In this document: positions 1-16,628 of the stretch, in pieces
How positions within the stretch are numbered: position 1 is the stretch's first letter
Layout of the letters: every line of letters starts with the position of its first letter
Assembly (NCBI RefSeq): GCF_009914755.1
Contig: NC_060941.1
Direction: 5' to 3' (one strand)
DNA length: 64,000 nucleotides
DNA from: the human T2T-CHM13v2.0 reference genome, Homo sapiens
Notes under the pieces: generated by a model
The model's database searches: none
The model's input: only the letters and a program-made list of their open reading frames with translations
Told to the model about the DNA's origin: nothing
Program-made: the position numbers and the translations under genes

Positions 1-478
<478 letters not shown>

Positions 479-574
479 CATATATATAAATAAAAAGGAA
501 AAAAACTAAAAAAAGTTTTAAAGAAAATGGAAACAAGCTCCCTCATTCCCCCCCCCCATAAAAAAGAAAAAATG

Positions 575-1379
575 CTCTTGATGAAAATGTGTAATGGACT
601 CATTAAAGGATTAGAGCAGTATGCATTCATAACACAAGAAGAAATCATGTCAGTTTATAAAACTGAAGAGAGACTCCTAAGACAAAAACCATTGTTAATG
701 AGGCAGTTGACTAGGGAGGAAACATTTTACAAAGCCATCTAGCAGAATGCCTCCTCATTACTAGAGGACCCACTTCTGGCCCCTCAAATGCTTCTGATGT
801 TTCTTCTCACCTAAAAAAATAAAATACAGTGTACAATAGCCTTTTAATCAAAACACAGCATCGTAGTTGGAGGTTGAAAGCTTGTAGCTGTTTGTTGTAG
901 CTGCTGTTTAACAGTTGATGCAGGTATTCTGGCGATGCTACTGTGCTGCTTAGTTCCCCAGAACTCATTGTTTTTCACTGTATTGATACGTCATATTTTT
1001 TACTGTTAAGTATTTGTGTGAACAAGTGTAAGACAATGATTGCCTATTAATAGCATGTAAATTCCGAGTCCGGAATGATGGTGATGCCCAGCAACCACAG
1101 ATTGTCTACCTGGGTGGCTGAGATAGTGACACTTTTGCTTTTTGGTGCTTCAGTGTACACAAACTTTGTTTCATGCACAGATTTATTTAAAATATAATAT
1201 AAAATTACCTTCAGGCTATGTATATAGTTGTATATGAAACATAAATAAATTTCACGTTTAGACTTGGGTCCCATCCCCAAGATATATTATTATGTATATG
1301 CAAATATTCCAAAATTTGAAAAAATCCAAAATCGAAACACTCAGGTTCCAAGCTTTTTGGATGAGGAATACTCAATCTG
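575..1379 (+). mobile_element. Tigger4 (Zombi) DNA transposon, terminal part
   Basis: agacttgggtcccatccccaagat...atactcaatctg followed by TA; ORF 527-742 probably overlaps the transposase C-terminal remnant. Confidence 0.75.
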
Positions 1380-1471
1380 TATTATCTAATACATAGTTCA
1401 TACTCAGATTTCCCATATGTCAAAAAAACTATCTTTTAGCTGTCAATCCAGGGTCACATTAAGATTCCATA

Positions 1472-1623
<152 letters not shown>

Positions 1624-1879
1624 TTAATTGTTACATTATTTTAATATATACAGGGCTTGATCATTCTTTTTGTTTTCTGTGACATTGGCGGTTTTGGAAG
1701 TGTTTTCAGAAGGTCTCGCATTCTTATAATATCTGATTGTTCCCTCATGATTAGATTCAGACTACAACTATTTTTAGACATGCATACTTCATGTATGAGG
1801 AGTGTTTTTTATTGCATAACATTGCAAAGCACATAATGGTTACTATTTGTAATGTTTACAGACATGCCTTTTTTTTAAG

Positions 1880-4030
1880 CAGTTAAAACAGTTGCAGAAT
1901 AGAAACTGGTATGTTTCTTTATTCATTTAGGTCTTCTTGCCATCTCTCAGCAATGTTTTGTAGTTTTCAGTGTGCAGCTTTTGAAGACCTTTTAAATTTA
2001 TTTCTAAGGAGTTCATGGTTTTTCGATACTGTGAAAGGAAAATAAAAACTTGGGACCCCAATTTACTATGCCAAAACAAAAAATTCAGCTGAAAGCTGAG
2101 TGATGTAAATAAAAAACTGCCTTTCCTTTTGTTCTTAAGCAGATAGCTACAGATAAAGTTTTAAATATCTCCACAGGTAGCTATTCCGTTCACCTTATCT
2201 TATTTAAGTGCTAACTTACTGAGGATGAGAGGAATACATAATCAACTATTCCGTACTTGCTCCTTTTCTCTTGCAACATACGGATTCAGTAATGTGACCA
2301 CACCCTCCCTCGTCCCCCTGCTGCCTGCTTTTCCTCTTTAATTATTGAAGCCCTCAAAATCATATTTGGAGAAAGGCACAAACTTCCCTTTCAGGCATGT
2401 CCTTAACCGTGGCAAGATAAACTTCTAAATTGATTGAGACCTGTCTCGGATTTCTTTTTGTCTTAGAATACTGTTATTGGGAGTGGAATTAAAAATATTT
2501 TCCAATATTTTGCTATTATTATATAGAAATACAACTGCTTTGCATGTGTTAACATTGGATCTTGTGACCTTGCTAGTTTAGTTTTACTGTTAGTTTCAGT
2601 AGGAATTTTCTGTGTCTGTGAATAAAGGTAATGCTTGTTTTCCCCCTTGCCTTTCTATACTGGCTGGGTCCTCCAGTAGAATCCTGAATAGTAATAATAA
2701 TAGTAGGCATATTTGCCTTATGCCCAATATTAATTAAAAAGAAAGTGTTCTATATTTCACCAGTAAGTATAATGTTAACTCTTGGTTATTTTAGATGCCC
2801 TTTATGGAAATGAAGATGTTTTCTTCTCTTAGTGTGTTGTTATTTCTGTTGTTATTAGTGGGTTTTACATTTTGTCAGATGCTAATTCTACATTTATTGA
2901 GATGATCACATTATTTTCTTCCTTTCTATAAATAATGGTGCATTGCATTGATTTTCAAGTATTAAGTTAGTATTGTATTCTTGAGATAAACTCTACTTGG
3001 TCATGATACATTACCTCTTTGTATGTTGCTGGATTAGGTTTGCTCATATTTTGTTATTTTTGTGTCTTTCTGTGCAAGGGCTATTAATTGTCTTGTAATG
3101 ACTTTGTCAGGTTTTCAAAAATCGTTATGCTGGCCTCATGAAATGAGTTGGGAAGCGTACCATCTCTCACTTTTTTGAAAAAAAAATTTGTGTAAGGCCA
3201 GTGTTATTTCTCACGTATTTGAAAAGAGTTCACCAGTGAGCCCATCTGGGTGTGGACTTTTCTTTCTGGGCAGGTTTTTAATAACATTCATTAAGTAACA
3301 TAGTTTAAAGGTTATTCACACTTTGATATTCTTTTTGGTAGGTTTTCATTTTCAGAAAATATTTCTGTTTCATCTATTTCTGTAAGAACAGTAGTAATGG
3401 CCCCTCTTTCATTCTGATTTTAGTAATTTGTATCTTTTCTTTTTCTGTGGGTCAGTCTAGCCAAAGGTGTGTCCATTTTATTGATCTTTTCAAAGTACTG
3501 TTGGTTTTCTTGACTTTTCTCTATTGTTTTTCTATTCCTGTTTTACTTGTCTTCACGTTACTTTTTCTTACGTTCTTCCTCCTGCTTGCTTTGTATTTCA
3601 TTTGTTCTTTTTTTTCTAATTCTTTAAGCTATAAAGTAGGTTTGATTTGAGATGTCTTCTCTTCTAATGTATGCATTTTACACTATACATTTTCTTCTGA
3701 GCACTACTTCTATATCCCACAAATTTTGGGAAGTTGTAATTTCATTTTCATTTAGTTCAATTTTTTAACTATTTCTTGAGACTTTTTTGATCCATTTGTC
3801 ATTTAGAGGTGTGTTGTTAAATCTTCAGATATTTGAGGACTTTGCAGATATCTTCCTGTTACTGATTTCTAATTTATTTATTTTGTGATCTGAGAACATG
3901 CTTTGCATGCTTTCCATCTTTTAAAACAAGGTGTGTTTTATGCCCCAGAATGTGGTCAGGATTAATCAATGTTCCATGCTAGTTTGGGGAAAATGTTGAT
4001 CTTGATGATGTTGGATGGAGTATTTTTTCT
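1880..4030 (-). mobile_element. Old L1M ORF2 fragment, interrupted by a MER4 LTR
   Basis: T-rich antisense L1 motifs (ttcaccagtgagcccatctggg, aatgtggtc). Confidence 0.75.
2030..2467 (+). mobile_element. MER4-family ERV1 solo LTR
   Basis: Starts TGTGAAAGGAAAATAAAAACTTGGGACCCC; 4-bp TSD ATAC at 2026-2029 / 2468-2471. Confidence 0.85.
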
Positions 4031-4661
4031 CTTGGTTGAATATCTGGGATTTTAATGTGTACCTTATCAGGCAAATACTTATATTTACAACAAAAAAAAC
4101 AAAGTAAATAGCTTACAGTGAATTTTATGCAGCACAGTACTCATGCTCAAAGCAATATACAGATGTCTTTAGTTGATGCTCACAGGCAGAGAATGTAATA
4201 CAGTCAACTATTATGCTTCTCTGGGCATTTCTTTCAACAGCAGTTACTCTCAGACTTAGCGAAGGATCCATTGTCAACTCTGTGCCAACAGGACCCTCTC
4301 TCTCTCTTCCCTTTTCCTGACACATCATTTAGATGGTCCCTAATTTCAAGGAAATGTAAAGATGTTCTTTCACAGAAATTACTAAAAATGATTTCTGCGG
4401 TACATAGGATAATATATTACTGTCTTGGCAGTGCTTTAATTTGGCTACAAATGACTAACAGACAAATATCTTTACACATATGTGTAGTGATAAATTTAGC
4501 GTTATTGTGAAGTATGGGTGGAATAATTGTGATAAATTTAGCTCTTGTTTTGCTTTTGTGTCTCAAATATATTGTGGTATGGCCTCATCCACCGAGCAAA
4601 GTCTTTTAAAAATCGAAGACAGTCTTTTTTGTTTGTTTGTCACTCGTTGCCCCAAATTTGA

Positions 4662-4986
<325 letters not shown>

Positions 4987-5306
4987 GACCTTGTAATTCT
5001 TTATGTTTTCCAGTTTTCTTCCTTTGTCTCCCTCTTCCCTCAGCTTCAGCTTTGTAAATGCTTTTGAGTCTTTGAGGGGAATAGTTAAATGAATTGCTTA
5101 GTGTTCTCTTTATGGAAGTAGCCATTAAGTTTTTTGTTGTTTGTTTTTATGATAATGATGACTTCCTATTACTTCCATTCTGACGCTAGACATGGATTCC
5201 TCTAGGAATATACTGGCATTTTGGCTGTCTACCCAGCTGTTGCTTCCATTTGCCTATTCCTTGAGTGTAAGGCAATTAATAACTTACACTTGTCTTTATG
5301 TTCCAG

Positions 5307-5384
5307 CCTGAAAGAATAGACCCAAGCGCATCACGACAAGGATATGATGTCCGCTCTGATGTCTGGAGTTTGGGGATCACATTG
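5307..5384 (+). CDS. MAP2K4: MAP2K4 exon 8 (78 nt, phase 0-0; ~P272-L297), kinase subdomains VIII-IX
   Basis: ttccag|CCTGAA...ACATTG|gtatgt; translates PERIDPSASRQGYDVRSDVWSLGITL, matching MKK4. Confidence 0.98.
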
Positions 5385-5900
5385 GTATGTTTATGCTGAT
5401 TCAACCTTGCCACAGTAGCGTAACAATAAGAAATTTAGAAGTGAAAGAAAACTTAATCAGACTTCCCCGTTCGTTAAGAACTATAATCACAGACACTATG
5501 GTTTTAAGTTGCTGAAAAAAAAAAAGTATGTATTTATTTACTTTAAAAATCAAATCAGACTTGATTATTTCCCTTGAAGTTATGTGAAGTGTCTAGAGCC
5601 CTTTAATGTTTTAACTGGATCTCTTGGCCACAGATAATAGGAGTCAACTATTATCTGCAACTGCACTAAGAATGGGAACAGGACAAGCCAGCTTACCTGC
5701 AGTCAATTCATTGATGAAGGCACATAGGCTTCTCCCATCTCAGGCAAGGTGTAGTATGTCCAGTAATACTGTATATAGTGTGTATATTAAGTATACGTAT
5801 TTTTATATGTGGAAAATAGTTTCTACTTGCAATATTCTATTCACTGAATAGTAAAATCACAAGTGAATGAGCTGAAAGTAATTCAGTTTTTGAGGGACAA

Positions 5901-6210
5901 TATATTAGTCCATTCTCACACTACTGTAAAGAACTACATGAGACTGGGTAATTTATGAAGAGAGGTTTAATTGCCTCACAGCTCCACAGGTCGTACAGGA
6001 GCAGGGGAGAGAGAGAGTGAAGGGGAAGGTGCCAGACACTTTTAAACAACCAGGTCTCATGAGAACTCTATCATGAGACAGCACTAGGGGGATGGTGCAT
6101 TAGAAACCACCCTCATGATCCAATCACCTCCCACCAGGCCGCTCCTTCAACACATAGGGATTATAATTCGAAATGAAATTTGGGTGGGGACACAGAGCCA
6201 AACCATATCA
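5901..6210 (-). mobile_element. MaLR solo LTR (MSTA/THE1-like), internally deleted
   Basis: Ends ...gccaaaccatatca; perfect 5-bp TSD GACAA 5896-5900 / 6211-6215. Confidence 0.9.
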
Positions 6211-6377
6211 GACAAGAACTACCTAGGTGATAATTCTAAATGAAAGTTCTACCTTAGAACAACACTGAGAAAGAATAATAAGAAAGCTACTTAATTTGCA
6301 ACAAGCAAGCGCAATTATATAAACTCTTCTTTCTTACCTATGGACTGTATTGAAATTTTGGTTTCATTTAAAATATC

Positions 6378-6747
6378 TGTATTAGTTCAGGCTGCTCCAA
6401 CCAAATGCTGACCTCTGGGCTATAATCTTATCAAGAACAGAAATTTCTCACAGTTTCGGAGGCTGGGAAGTCCAAGATCAAGGCACTGACAGATTTGGTG
6501 GCTAGTGAGGGCTTGCTTCCTGGTTCATAAACAGCCATCTTCTTGTTGTAGTCTCACATGGCAGAAGAGGCAAGAGAGCTGTCTGGGGTCTTTCTTACAA
6601 GGGCACTAATTAGATTAATGAGGGTTCCACCCTCGTGACCCCATCACTTCCCAAAGATCCACCACCAAATACCATCACATTAGGGATTAGGCTTCAACAT
6701 ATGGATTTGCTGGGGGGTGGGGACACACAAACATTCAGTCTCTAGCA
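6378..6747 (-). mobile_element. MLT1A-type MaLR LTR
   Basis: ggaggctgggaagtccaagatcaagg...aacattcagtctctagca; TSD ATATC/GTATC. Confidence 0.85.
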
Positions 6748-8092
6748 GTATCTTTGCTCATTTCCTTTTTACCAAATTTTGTTTTGAAGTCTTCGGTTTA
6801 TTTTCTTGTGCTTGCTGTTCTACCAGGACTTGCTGGGTTTTTCTGATTTGGGATAGCTTCTTTAGCTGCTTCTACATTGAAGGCGAATTTTCTATCCCTA
6901 GATGAGGCTGTCCTGTAGGTAGGCAGGCCAATCCTCTTCTTTCATTTTCTCCCATTTTCAGTTTTTGCTACCTAAGACTCTATAGCCCAGAAATACACAG
7001 GTTCAGAGCAATGGGCTTTTTTTGTAGCTTATTAAATAATCTTCATTTGTTCATTGGTATTACATGTTTCTAGGATCTTCTCTGTGATCAGAAGCACATA
7101 ACCTTGTTAGTTATTCTTGATGAATCATATTGCTAGGCCTAGAGAATTCTTCGTATAGAGAGTTGAAGGCCAACAGCTCACCTCTGCAGAGGACTTTGAT
7201 TTACTTTACTTTGTGACCAAATATAGGAAATACCTTCTGGAATCTTTTCTCATTGTGAAGCCAACCAGCTAAAGAAGAGATTCTTCTTTAGACAGGAGAG
7301 AACATGGATCTCGGGCATCTTTTAGGTTTGGCAACTGGTCCCAAAGACTGCAGCAAGACCTAGAGCTTCCAGCTGAGGCAACTATTTGCATACACAGGAT
7401 ATTTACAATTCAGAAATACTTATCTATGACTAAACAATTACGTTTTAAAAGCAAGTATGTACTTCTTTACAGAAAGAAAATTTTGTGAAAGGTTTTAACA
7501 GAAAATTTTTTAGCAAGTTTCTTTTAGTACTTTTAGCTAAACCTTGTTGTTTAAAAGGTATTCTGTACTTACAGTTGGTTCATAATTTATTTTTCATAGG
7601 GACAGTCTTATAAAAATTGTGAAATGTATGAAATTAATTTCTAAGATCCTAAGTCCTTTATTTTATGACATACAGCCAACTTTTCCTTCTATTATTAAAA
7701 CACAAGAAGGAATCTAATGAAGTTATTCCTAATTCTGTGAATAACCAGGAAGGTTTATGTCTTGAAAAGCATTTATAATTTTAACAGAAAGAAACTTCAG
7801 CTAATGGAATACATTTTTCTGTGTGTGTATGCATGCATGCCTGCTTACTTTTGTGCACACATGTGTGTAATTAGAAACAACAGTGAGCTGACAGAGGCAT
7901 CCTTTAGGGAGGAAACGGAATCAGTGTTCTGAGAGTTCTCTCTCTCTTCCTGTATGCCATCTTCCTCTGTAATATGTTTGGAGCCTCATCCTCATGTATC
8001 AGTCACCTGTCAGTGCATGTAAAATGGGATTCATTATGCCATGGTGCAGATTTAAATATGTTTCTTGGAAAAAGCAAAATTTGTAGGTTTTC

Positions 8093-8389
8093 TTTTCTTT
8101 TGTTTTTTGAGATGGAGTCTCTCTCTGTCCCCCAGGCTGGAGTGCAGTGGCGCAATCTCGGCTCACTGCAAACTCCGCCTCCTGGGTTCATGCCATTCCC
8201 CTGCCTCAGCCTCCTGAATAGCTGGGACTACAGGCGCCTGCCACCACGCCCGGCTAATTTTTTGTATTTTTAGTAGAGATGGGGTTTCACCGTGTTAGAC
8301 AGGATGGTGTCCATCTCCTGACCTCCTGATCCACCCGCCTCGGCATCCCAAAGTGGTGGGATTACAGGCGTGAGCCACTGTGCCCGGCC
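8093..8389 (-). mobile_element. AluY-like
   Basis: TSD AATTTGTAGGTTTT 8078-8091 / AATTGGTAGGTTTT 8391-8404. Confidence 0.95.
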
Positions 8390-9151
8390 TAATTGGTAGG
8401 TTTTCATTATTTTTCAGAACAGAAAGGGAGATAGATGAGAATACGATTCACTGGTTATTAGAGAATATTTTTTTTTTGGACCCTTGATAGGATTGGGACA
8501 TACGTAAGACTCTTCAGATCTCTTCTGGTGTGGCTTAGAGGTACTGTCCTGAGCCCTTTATTGGGGCTTCAGGATGCAGGGTTTGACCCTGACTTGATTT
8601 CTTCACTACTTGTAAAATCTGGTTGTGGTTGAAATTGTAGTATCTGCAGAATAGCTGTAGAGCAGGATTTGCACATTGTTTCCTCCAAGCTCAGATTAGG
8701 CTTTTGTTTGTTGGATGTTCTTTTGCCTTAAAAAGGAGTCTAACCACGATTATGGACCAAGGCCTTCCTCTAAGATGGCTACAAATTGTGCGTATTCTAT
8801 AGTAAAATAGTTCTAAAACCAGTCTTCCAGACTTTCTTATAAAGAAGTCAGAACCACAGGCTGCCCTGGAGCATGCATTGTAGGGACATTGTCTAGGCTT
8901 AAGTTTTGTGTTCCCATGTATTCCAAGTCCTTGAATTTGGTTGATTCAGAATTCTCTATATTATTTTGATTTCTAAATATAACTTCTACTTAGCCTTTAT
9001 GATTCTGAAGATTCCTCCCCAAGCTAACCTGTGTTTAATTCAAGGCTTTACTAGAGTTTTGCTTGTAGTTTAGATTTTTTTGTGGCCCTTCCAGTGGGGA
9101 GTAGTAAATGATGCCTGGTGTATTTTGCTCTTTCCTCTTTGTTCTCTTTAG

Positions 9152-9300
9152 TATGAGTTGGCCACAGGCCGATTTCCTTATCCAAAGTGGAATAGTGTAT
9201 TTGATCAACTAACACAAGTCGTGAAAGGAGATCCTCCGCAGCTGAGTAATTCTGAGGAAAGGGAATTCTCCCCGAGTTTCATCAACTTTGTCAACTTGTG
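9152..9300 (+). CDS. MAP2K4: MAP2K4 exon 9 (149 nt; ~Y298-C347)
   Basis: Long pyrimidine tract, ctttag|TATGAG...TTGTG|gtgagt; YELATGRFPYPKWNSVFDQLTQVVKGDPPQLSNSEEREFSPSFINFVNL(C). Confidence 0.98.
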
Positions 9301-11225
9301 GTGAGTACCTGATTTATGAATGGTCGAACACGCATGGCGAGAATAGTGAGATTTACTTGGTCTTAGCAGCATTGGTACTTTACATGGAGGAAGGGGACCC
9401 TTGGTCACATCACCCTACTTTTCAAGCTGGGACTCTGGATCACTGTGGCTGTATGGAAGGTTACAGCTAGCTGGGAGAGGCATCACCTTCTTATTCTGCT
9501 ACTCAGGTATTGGTGAAAAACAGCCATGAGTGGTGGAGAGGCTGCTGTCTCCAGACTTCCAGTACCTGGTACAAGAAATACCAGGTTAAACTTCTAGGTG
9601 AGACTGATCATCTTACTCTAATGTGGTTCTCACAATGCAATTGCACCAAAATCACCTGGAAGCATTTACTGAATCAAGAGCTTGCCAGATCAGACTTTCA
9701 GGGTTGGATCTCTGTTCTGACATAACATAGAAAACAGTTGGTTATATGTAGTAGGGTCACATCCACACGCAAAGTGTAGTTGGTAGAACTGTATATCTTT
9801 GCTCTCTGAAACCTTACTCCAAGGAAGATGTGAACCCCACACCTGTTGTTGTTTGTCTACCTTTTTAATAGTTTGTTGTGTGTTTGTGTATATGTAGCAC
9901 CTAAGAATAAACATATGCAGATATGGCAGTAATATAATCATGCTTTATACTGTTTTAGGCTCTTTTAAATAAAATCTTTTTGTGTTATCATTTGGATATT
10001 TTTGACATTTATTTTGTTTATCCAACATGATTTAAATATAAGACATGCTATGAACAAAAAGCCTCAGAGCATTTTGTGTATCTTCTGTTTATTCCTGAAA
10101 ATACCTTTTGGTTTCTCATAATTTTTTCCTGCTAAGAATGCGGTTTCTCCTCATTTTAGGTCTTATAGACTTAAATCAGGGTCTAACATTGCCCTCCTTT
10201 GTATGAAAAATTTAAAAATATTTGTTTGACTATAGTTTTTAAGTCTCTTTCATCTTCTGTAACCAAATTCTACTTTTGTGTTGGTTTTTCAGAGGGGAGA
10301 GGAATACTTCAAGATTTTCTAGGTAGAAGAAGGACATAAGGATGACTCAAATTGGCTGCTTCCTCCTTTTAAAAAACAATCAATTCTGTACTAATTTGCA
10401 CACAGTATGGATAGTTTATATAATTGCATAAATGTGATCATTTTATGTATTTCATTTTTATGACATATTTGCTTAAAATGATCTGTGTAAGTCATAGGGT
10501 ATAATATCTAAAATGATCACCTGTGAACCTTCCATCAGGGTTTCTTTTTAACTCCTTGATCTCTTTATTGGTTTTGTTCTGTATGTGTTGGTACTTGTAC
10601 ATGTTTATTTCTGTTTCCCTTGATGCCATAATAGAGTGACAGTTTTAGACATTGGAGTCCCATTGTTTTCCCTGAGTAGGTTCATAGTTCCATGTCATTG
10701 CAAATCATTAAGGTCTACATTGAAGTGTACTTATGTTCATAATATGCTCATATTAGCTCTCCACATTTGTCCATTCTTTCTGCCACTCTTTGTCTTGGAC
10801 ATTGCCTGTAATCTCTAACCTGGATCATTCAGATTTCTCATAATCCAATATTGATTTTCTTATAATCCAATATTGTCTTGTTCCAAATTATTCCCCTTTT
10901 TATTAGAGTTGTATTTTTTATGATGTATATCTGATCATGTTACTTCTCTATCTAAAGTATGCATTCTTAGCAGGGTGATATTGACCCTAAGGAGGCAAAA
11001 ATTGATTTTGGAGAAATGAAAATCTTAGGTTGTATAATGGTTTTTAGTCCTCCAAAGGGCCATAGAATATAAACAGATATGCACTATATCTATCATATTT
11101 AAATTTCATGATGGGGAGGATAAATAATGAAAAAAATACTGAGAGATACTATTCTATAGAGACTTCCTCTTGTCCTTAAAATTAATTAATTTAGGCTTTC
11201 AGAACCCATTACGATCTGGACTTAG

Positions 11226-11556
<331 letters not shown>

Positions 11557-11624
11557 CGCTCTAGCCACATTTCTCATGACTTCCCTCTCCTTGAATGGTT
11601 TCTGCCAAACTGAATTTCTTCAGT

Positions 11625-12635
11625 TACATAAATTAAAAGCACATACAGGATAATATGGGAGAATGTTTTCATTACGTTTGGGTAAAGATTTCTGAAACAG
11701 AACGTAGAAAGTAGCCAAACCTAAGAGAAAGATTGATTAAAAAAAAATGGATTTCATTAAAATTAAGAACTTCCATTGATTAAAAGACAGCACTGAATGA
11801 CATGCCAAGCCACACAGTAGAAGGAGATATTTTTCATACTTATATTCGACGAAGGACTTTTACACAGAATATGTAAAGAATACTTAAAAATGTAAAACAC
11901 TTATGAAAAATAACAACCAAAAATAGCAAAATACTTGAAAGGCACTTTAAAGATGATATTCAAGAGGCCAGTAAACATATTCAATTTACTGCATTCATTC
12001 TGCATTATTAGTAATCAGGAGACATGCAGGTCAGAACTACAGTGAAATACCACTATAATTACCAGAATGACCACAGTTTAAAATACTGACAGTACCAAAT
12101 ATTGGTGAGGATCTGAAGCAACTGGAAGTCTCATACATAACTTGTAGGAGTATAAATTAGTACAGTTCCTTTGAAAAACAAGCAGTATCCAGTATAGCTG
12201 ATCTAATATGGTTGATGTATACACCATGGTTCAGCAATTCAAGTTCTGACTATATACCCAACAAAAGTGTGGACATAAATACACTAAAAGACATATGTAA
12301 GAATGTCCGGAAAAGCACATTTATAACCTACAATTAGAAACTCTCTCCACAGTAGAACAGATAATAAATTGTAGCATTATGTATACAGCAGTATATAGCA
12401 TCAGAGAAGATAGAACCATTGCTTCACTCAGCAACTTCAGTAAATCTCACGAATGATGTTGAGTGAAAGAAGACAGAAAGCAGTATGTATGGTTCTATTT
12501 CTATATGAAAGTTAAAAGCAAACAATATAAGGTATTGGAAGTCAGAATATTGTTACTTTTTAGTTCTGCACTTAGGAGTTGTGTTTTCTGTATGTCTGCT
12601 TCGATTAAAAGTTTTCCTAAGGAAAAAAAAAAAAG
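11625..12635 (+). mobile_element. Old L1M 3' region
   Basis: Degenerate ORF2 end and 3' UTR motifs, A tail at ~12623. Confidence 0.75.
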
Positions 12636-12666
12636 GATAAGACTTAATGGTTCAAAAGGAAGACCT

Positions 12667-13556
<890 letters not shown>

Positions 13557-14111
13557 GATCTCAGCCCATATTTTAAACTGTTTCCCAATTTAACTATCTA
13601 TTGAAATCACCATTGGAATTTTTTTTAGGGGAAAAATTCTTTATTTGTCCTGGGGGAAGAAAAAACAAAAAATGTTATTCTTGAGGAATTTTTGTGAAAC
13701 TCTGGATGGGGATAAGACTGAATTCAGGGATGGATTGCCTAATCCAAAATTTATCGTGTGCAGAGGGGAATATAAAAAGTCACTAGGACGATATAAGACC
13801 CATATACAACTCTGTAGCTTGGGCAGCAGACCTGGAAGAAGAGGCAACTTGTGGGACTGCCTAATTGTGCAACTAATTAGGCAGTAAAGCTCGATCCTGA
13901 AATGTCTTGAGGAAATGCCTTCTGTGCTAGATCTCACAGGCAGCTGGGACAGTGTAGTAGTATCTACTCCTGCCTTTCTCTTAGCAGCAAGACCTGTAAA
14001 GAAAAGCTCAAGCTTTGCTGAAATAACTTCTAACAACAACGCCTGTGTTGGTTAGAGGGCGGGAGCACAGTGCATGCTGTTAGAGCAAATGCAAAAATTA
14101 AATCCCTATAG

Positions 14112-14210
14112 TAGGTGATGATGCTGCAGTGATGGCTCTCCACCTAGGTGATGATACTGCAATGATGGCTCTCCACCTAGGTGATGATACTGCAATGATG
14201 GCTCTCCACC
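14112..14210. repeat. 33-bp tandem repeat, 3 copies
   Basis: TAGGTGATGAT(G/A)CTGCA(G/A)TGATGGCTCTCCACC x3; copies 2 and 3 identical. Confidence 0.97.
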
Positions 14211-14910
14211 TGTTTCTCACAGTTAACCTGAATCCATAGCTGAGATTAACTGTGATAAAGAAAAATCACTAACAGATGAAAACTTTCAGTGATTCGGAGA
14301 ATTGTACCTAAGAAATCTAAACAAATATTTCCTTTAAAATGTCACAGAAAAAAAAACAAGGTAAAAAATTGTAAGGAGGGAATAATTTGAATTCCAGAAA
14401 CGTTATCTTCAGATAGTAAACATGATTCCTGAACTGAATGGGGGAAAATGGTGGCACACAGCAGATTGAGTATTGCAGGTTAACCAGATCTGTAAGTAAC
14501 ACTGTTTAGTTAATCTTTAAGAATAAAGGGCTAAAAAGATGAACATGAGGTAAATGGTAAGAGAGAAGAAAAATCCAAAATATTCTATTTAGCTGATTGT
14601 AGACAAAGAATTAAAATTAAAATTCCTTCTACTTGAAGAATAACTCAAGTTCTTAGATTAAAATACCAGACCAAATTAAACAAGAGAGTAGAGGGAAGCC
14701 ACATCTAGATGTGTTCTGAGAAAAGATAAGACTTGACAAGTTTTCAGTTAAAACACATGCACACAAATGTACACAAAACACCAAGTCAGCAATACCTGAA
14801 GAGCAGAGAAACAGCTATAACAGGAGGAATGTGGTTACTTCACATTACTTTGGTGCATTAGATATCTTGGACAACACTTGCACTGAAACTACTAAAATGC
14901 TGGATAAGCT

Positions 14911-15861
<951 letters not shown>

Positions 15862-16467
15862 TAAAGTCCCTCTTAAAATGTAAAAGAGTTGGTGCAAAAC
15901 TGAGGAATCCATGGAGCTCTGAAGTTGACTGAAATTCAGGGAGGGAGATTATGGGAGAGAAGGAAGAGTCAAAGTAAATTAAAGGATAACCCAAGCAAAT
16001 GTAGATTTGCCATCTAAATTCATATTGAATATGGTAAAAATACTTAGAGAATTTAATTTTAAGAAAAATTACTTTTCAGAGTCCCTGGTTGGAAAGATAT
16101 GCTCCTCTTGCCCCCAGTTGATGGGCAGAAGCAAAAGCAAATCATTCAGCCTAGGACTAAATGATTCCAAAAAATAAAGTCAAGTGGAATATGTAGTCCA
16201 CAAAAAAATCTCAACACTCACAAAAGAAATGAGAATCAGAAACAATGGATAGTAGGAATAGATCTGCAAAGGCTTCAAATATTGGAATGAAAGGAAACAA
16301 AAAATAAGTTTAAAGAAAAAGAGGCAGCTTAGAAATATAAGCAGGGAACACATTTATAAAGAACCAAATAGAACTTCTAGAAATAAAAAGCATAAATTAA
16401 AACAATAGCTGCATTCAACAGATTAGATATCATTGAAGAGAGATTAATGAACTAGAAGACAGAGCTG

Positions 16468-16628
16468 AAGCTCTCCCAATAAAACTTTTTGAGATGCTGG
16501 AAATGTCCTATAATCTGCTCTGTCTAGTGTGGTAGCTGCTGGCATTTGAAATGTGGCTAATGTAACTAAGGAAATGCATTTTTTATTGGAATTAAGTTTG
16601 CTAACGGCTACCTTATTAGATAGTCTAA
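16468..16628. mobile_element. MER3-like hAT-Charlie MITE
   Basis: ccaataaaactttttgagatgctggaaatgtc...tttgaaatgtggcta. Confidence 0.65.

Noticed and set aside
4487-4542. 14-bp direct repeat GTGATAAATTTAGC
   Set aside because: Short AT-rich local duplication with no further structure.
10343-10349. Isolated AP-1 sites (TGACTCA here and a few elsewhere)
   Set aside because: Several 7-mers are expected by chance in 64 kb; they are unclustered and mostly inside repeats.
10960-11152. Possible hAT-type MITE
   Set aside because: The ends resemble Charlie-family TIRs but are too degenerate to name or bound with confidence.
14112-14245. C/D-box snoRNA or CRISPR-like reading of the 33-bp array (GTGATGA in each unit, CTGA downstream)
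   Set aside because: There are no unique spacers, no terminal stem closing a C and D box, and no recognisable rRNA guide. A simple tandem duplication explains it.
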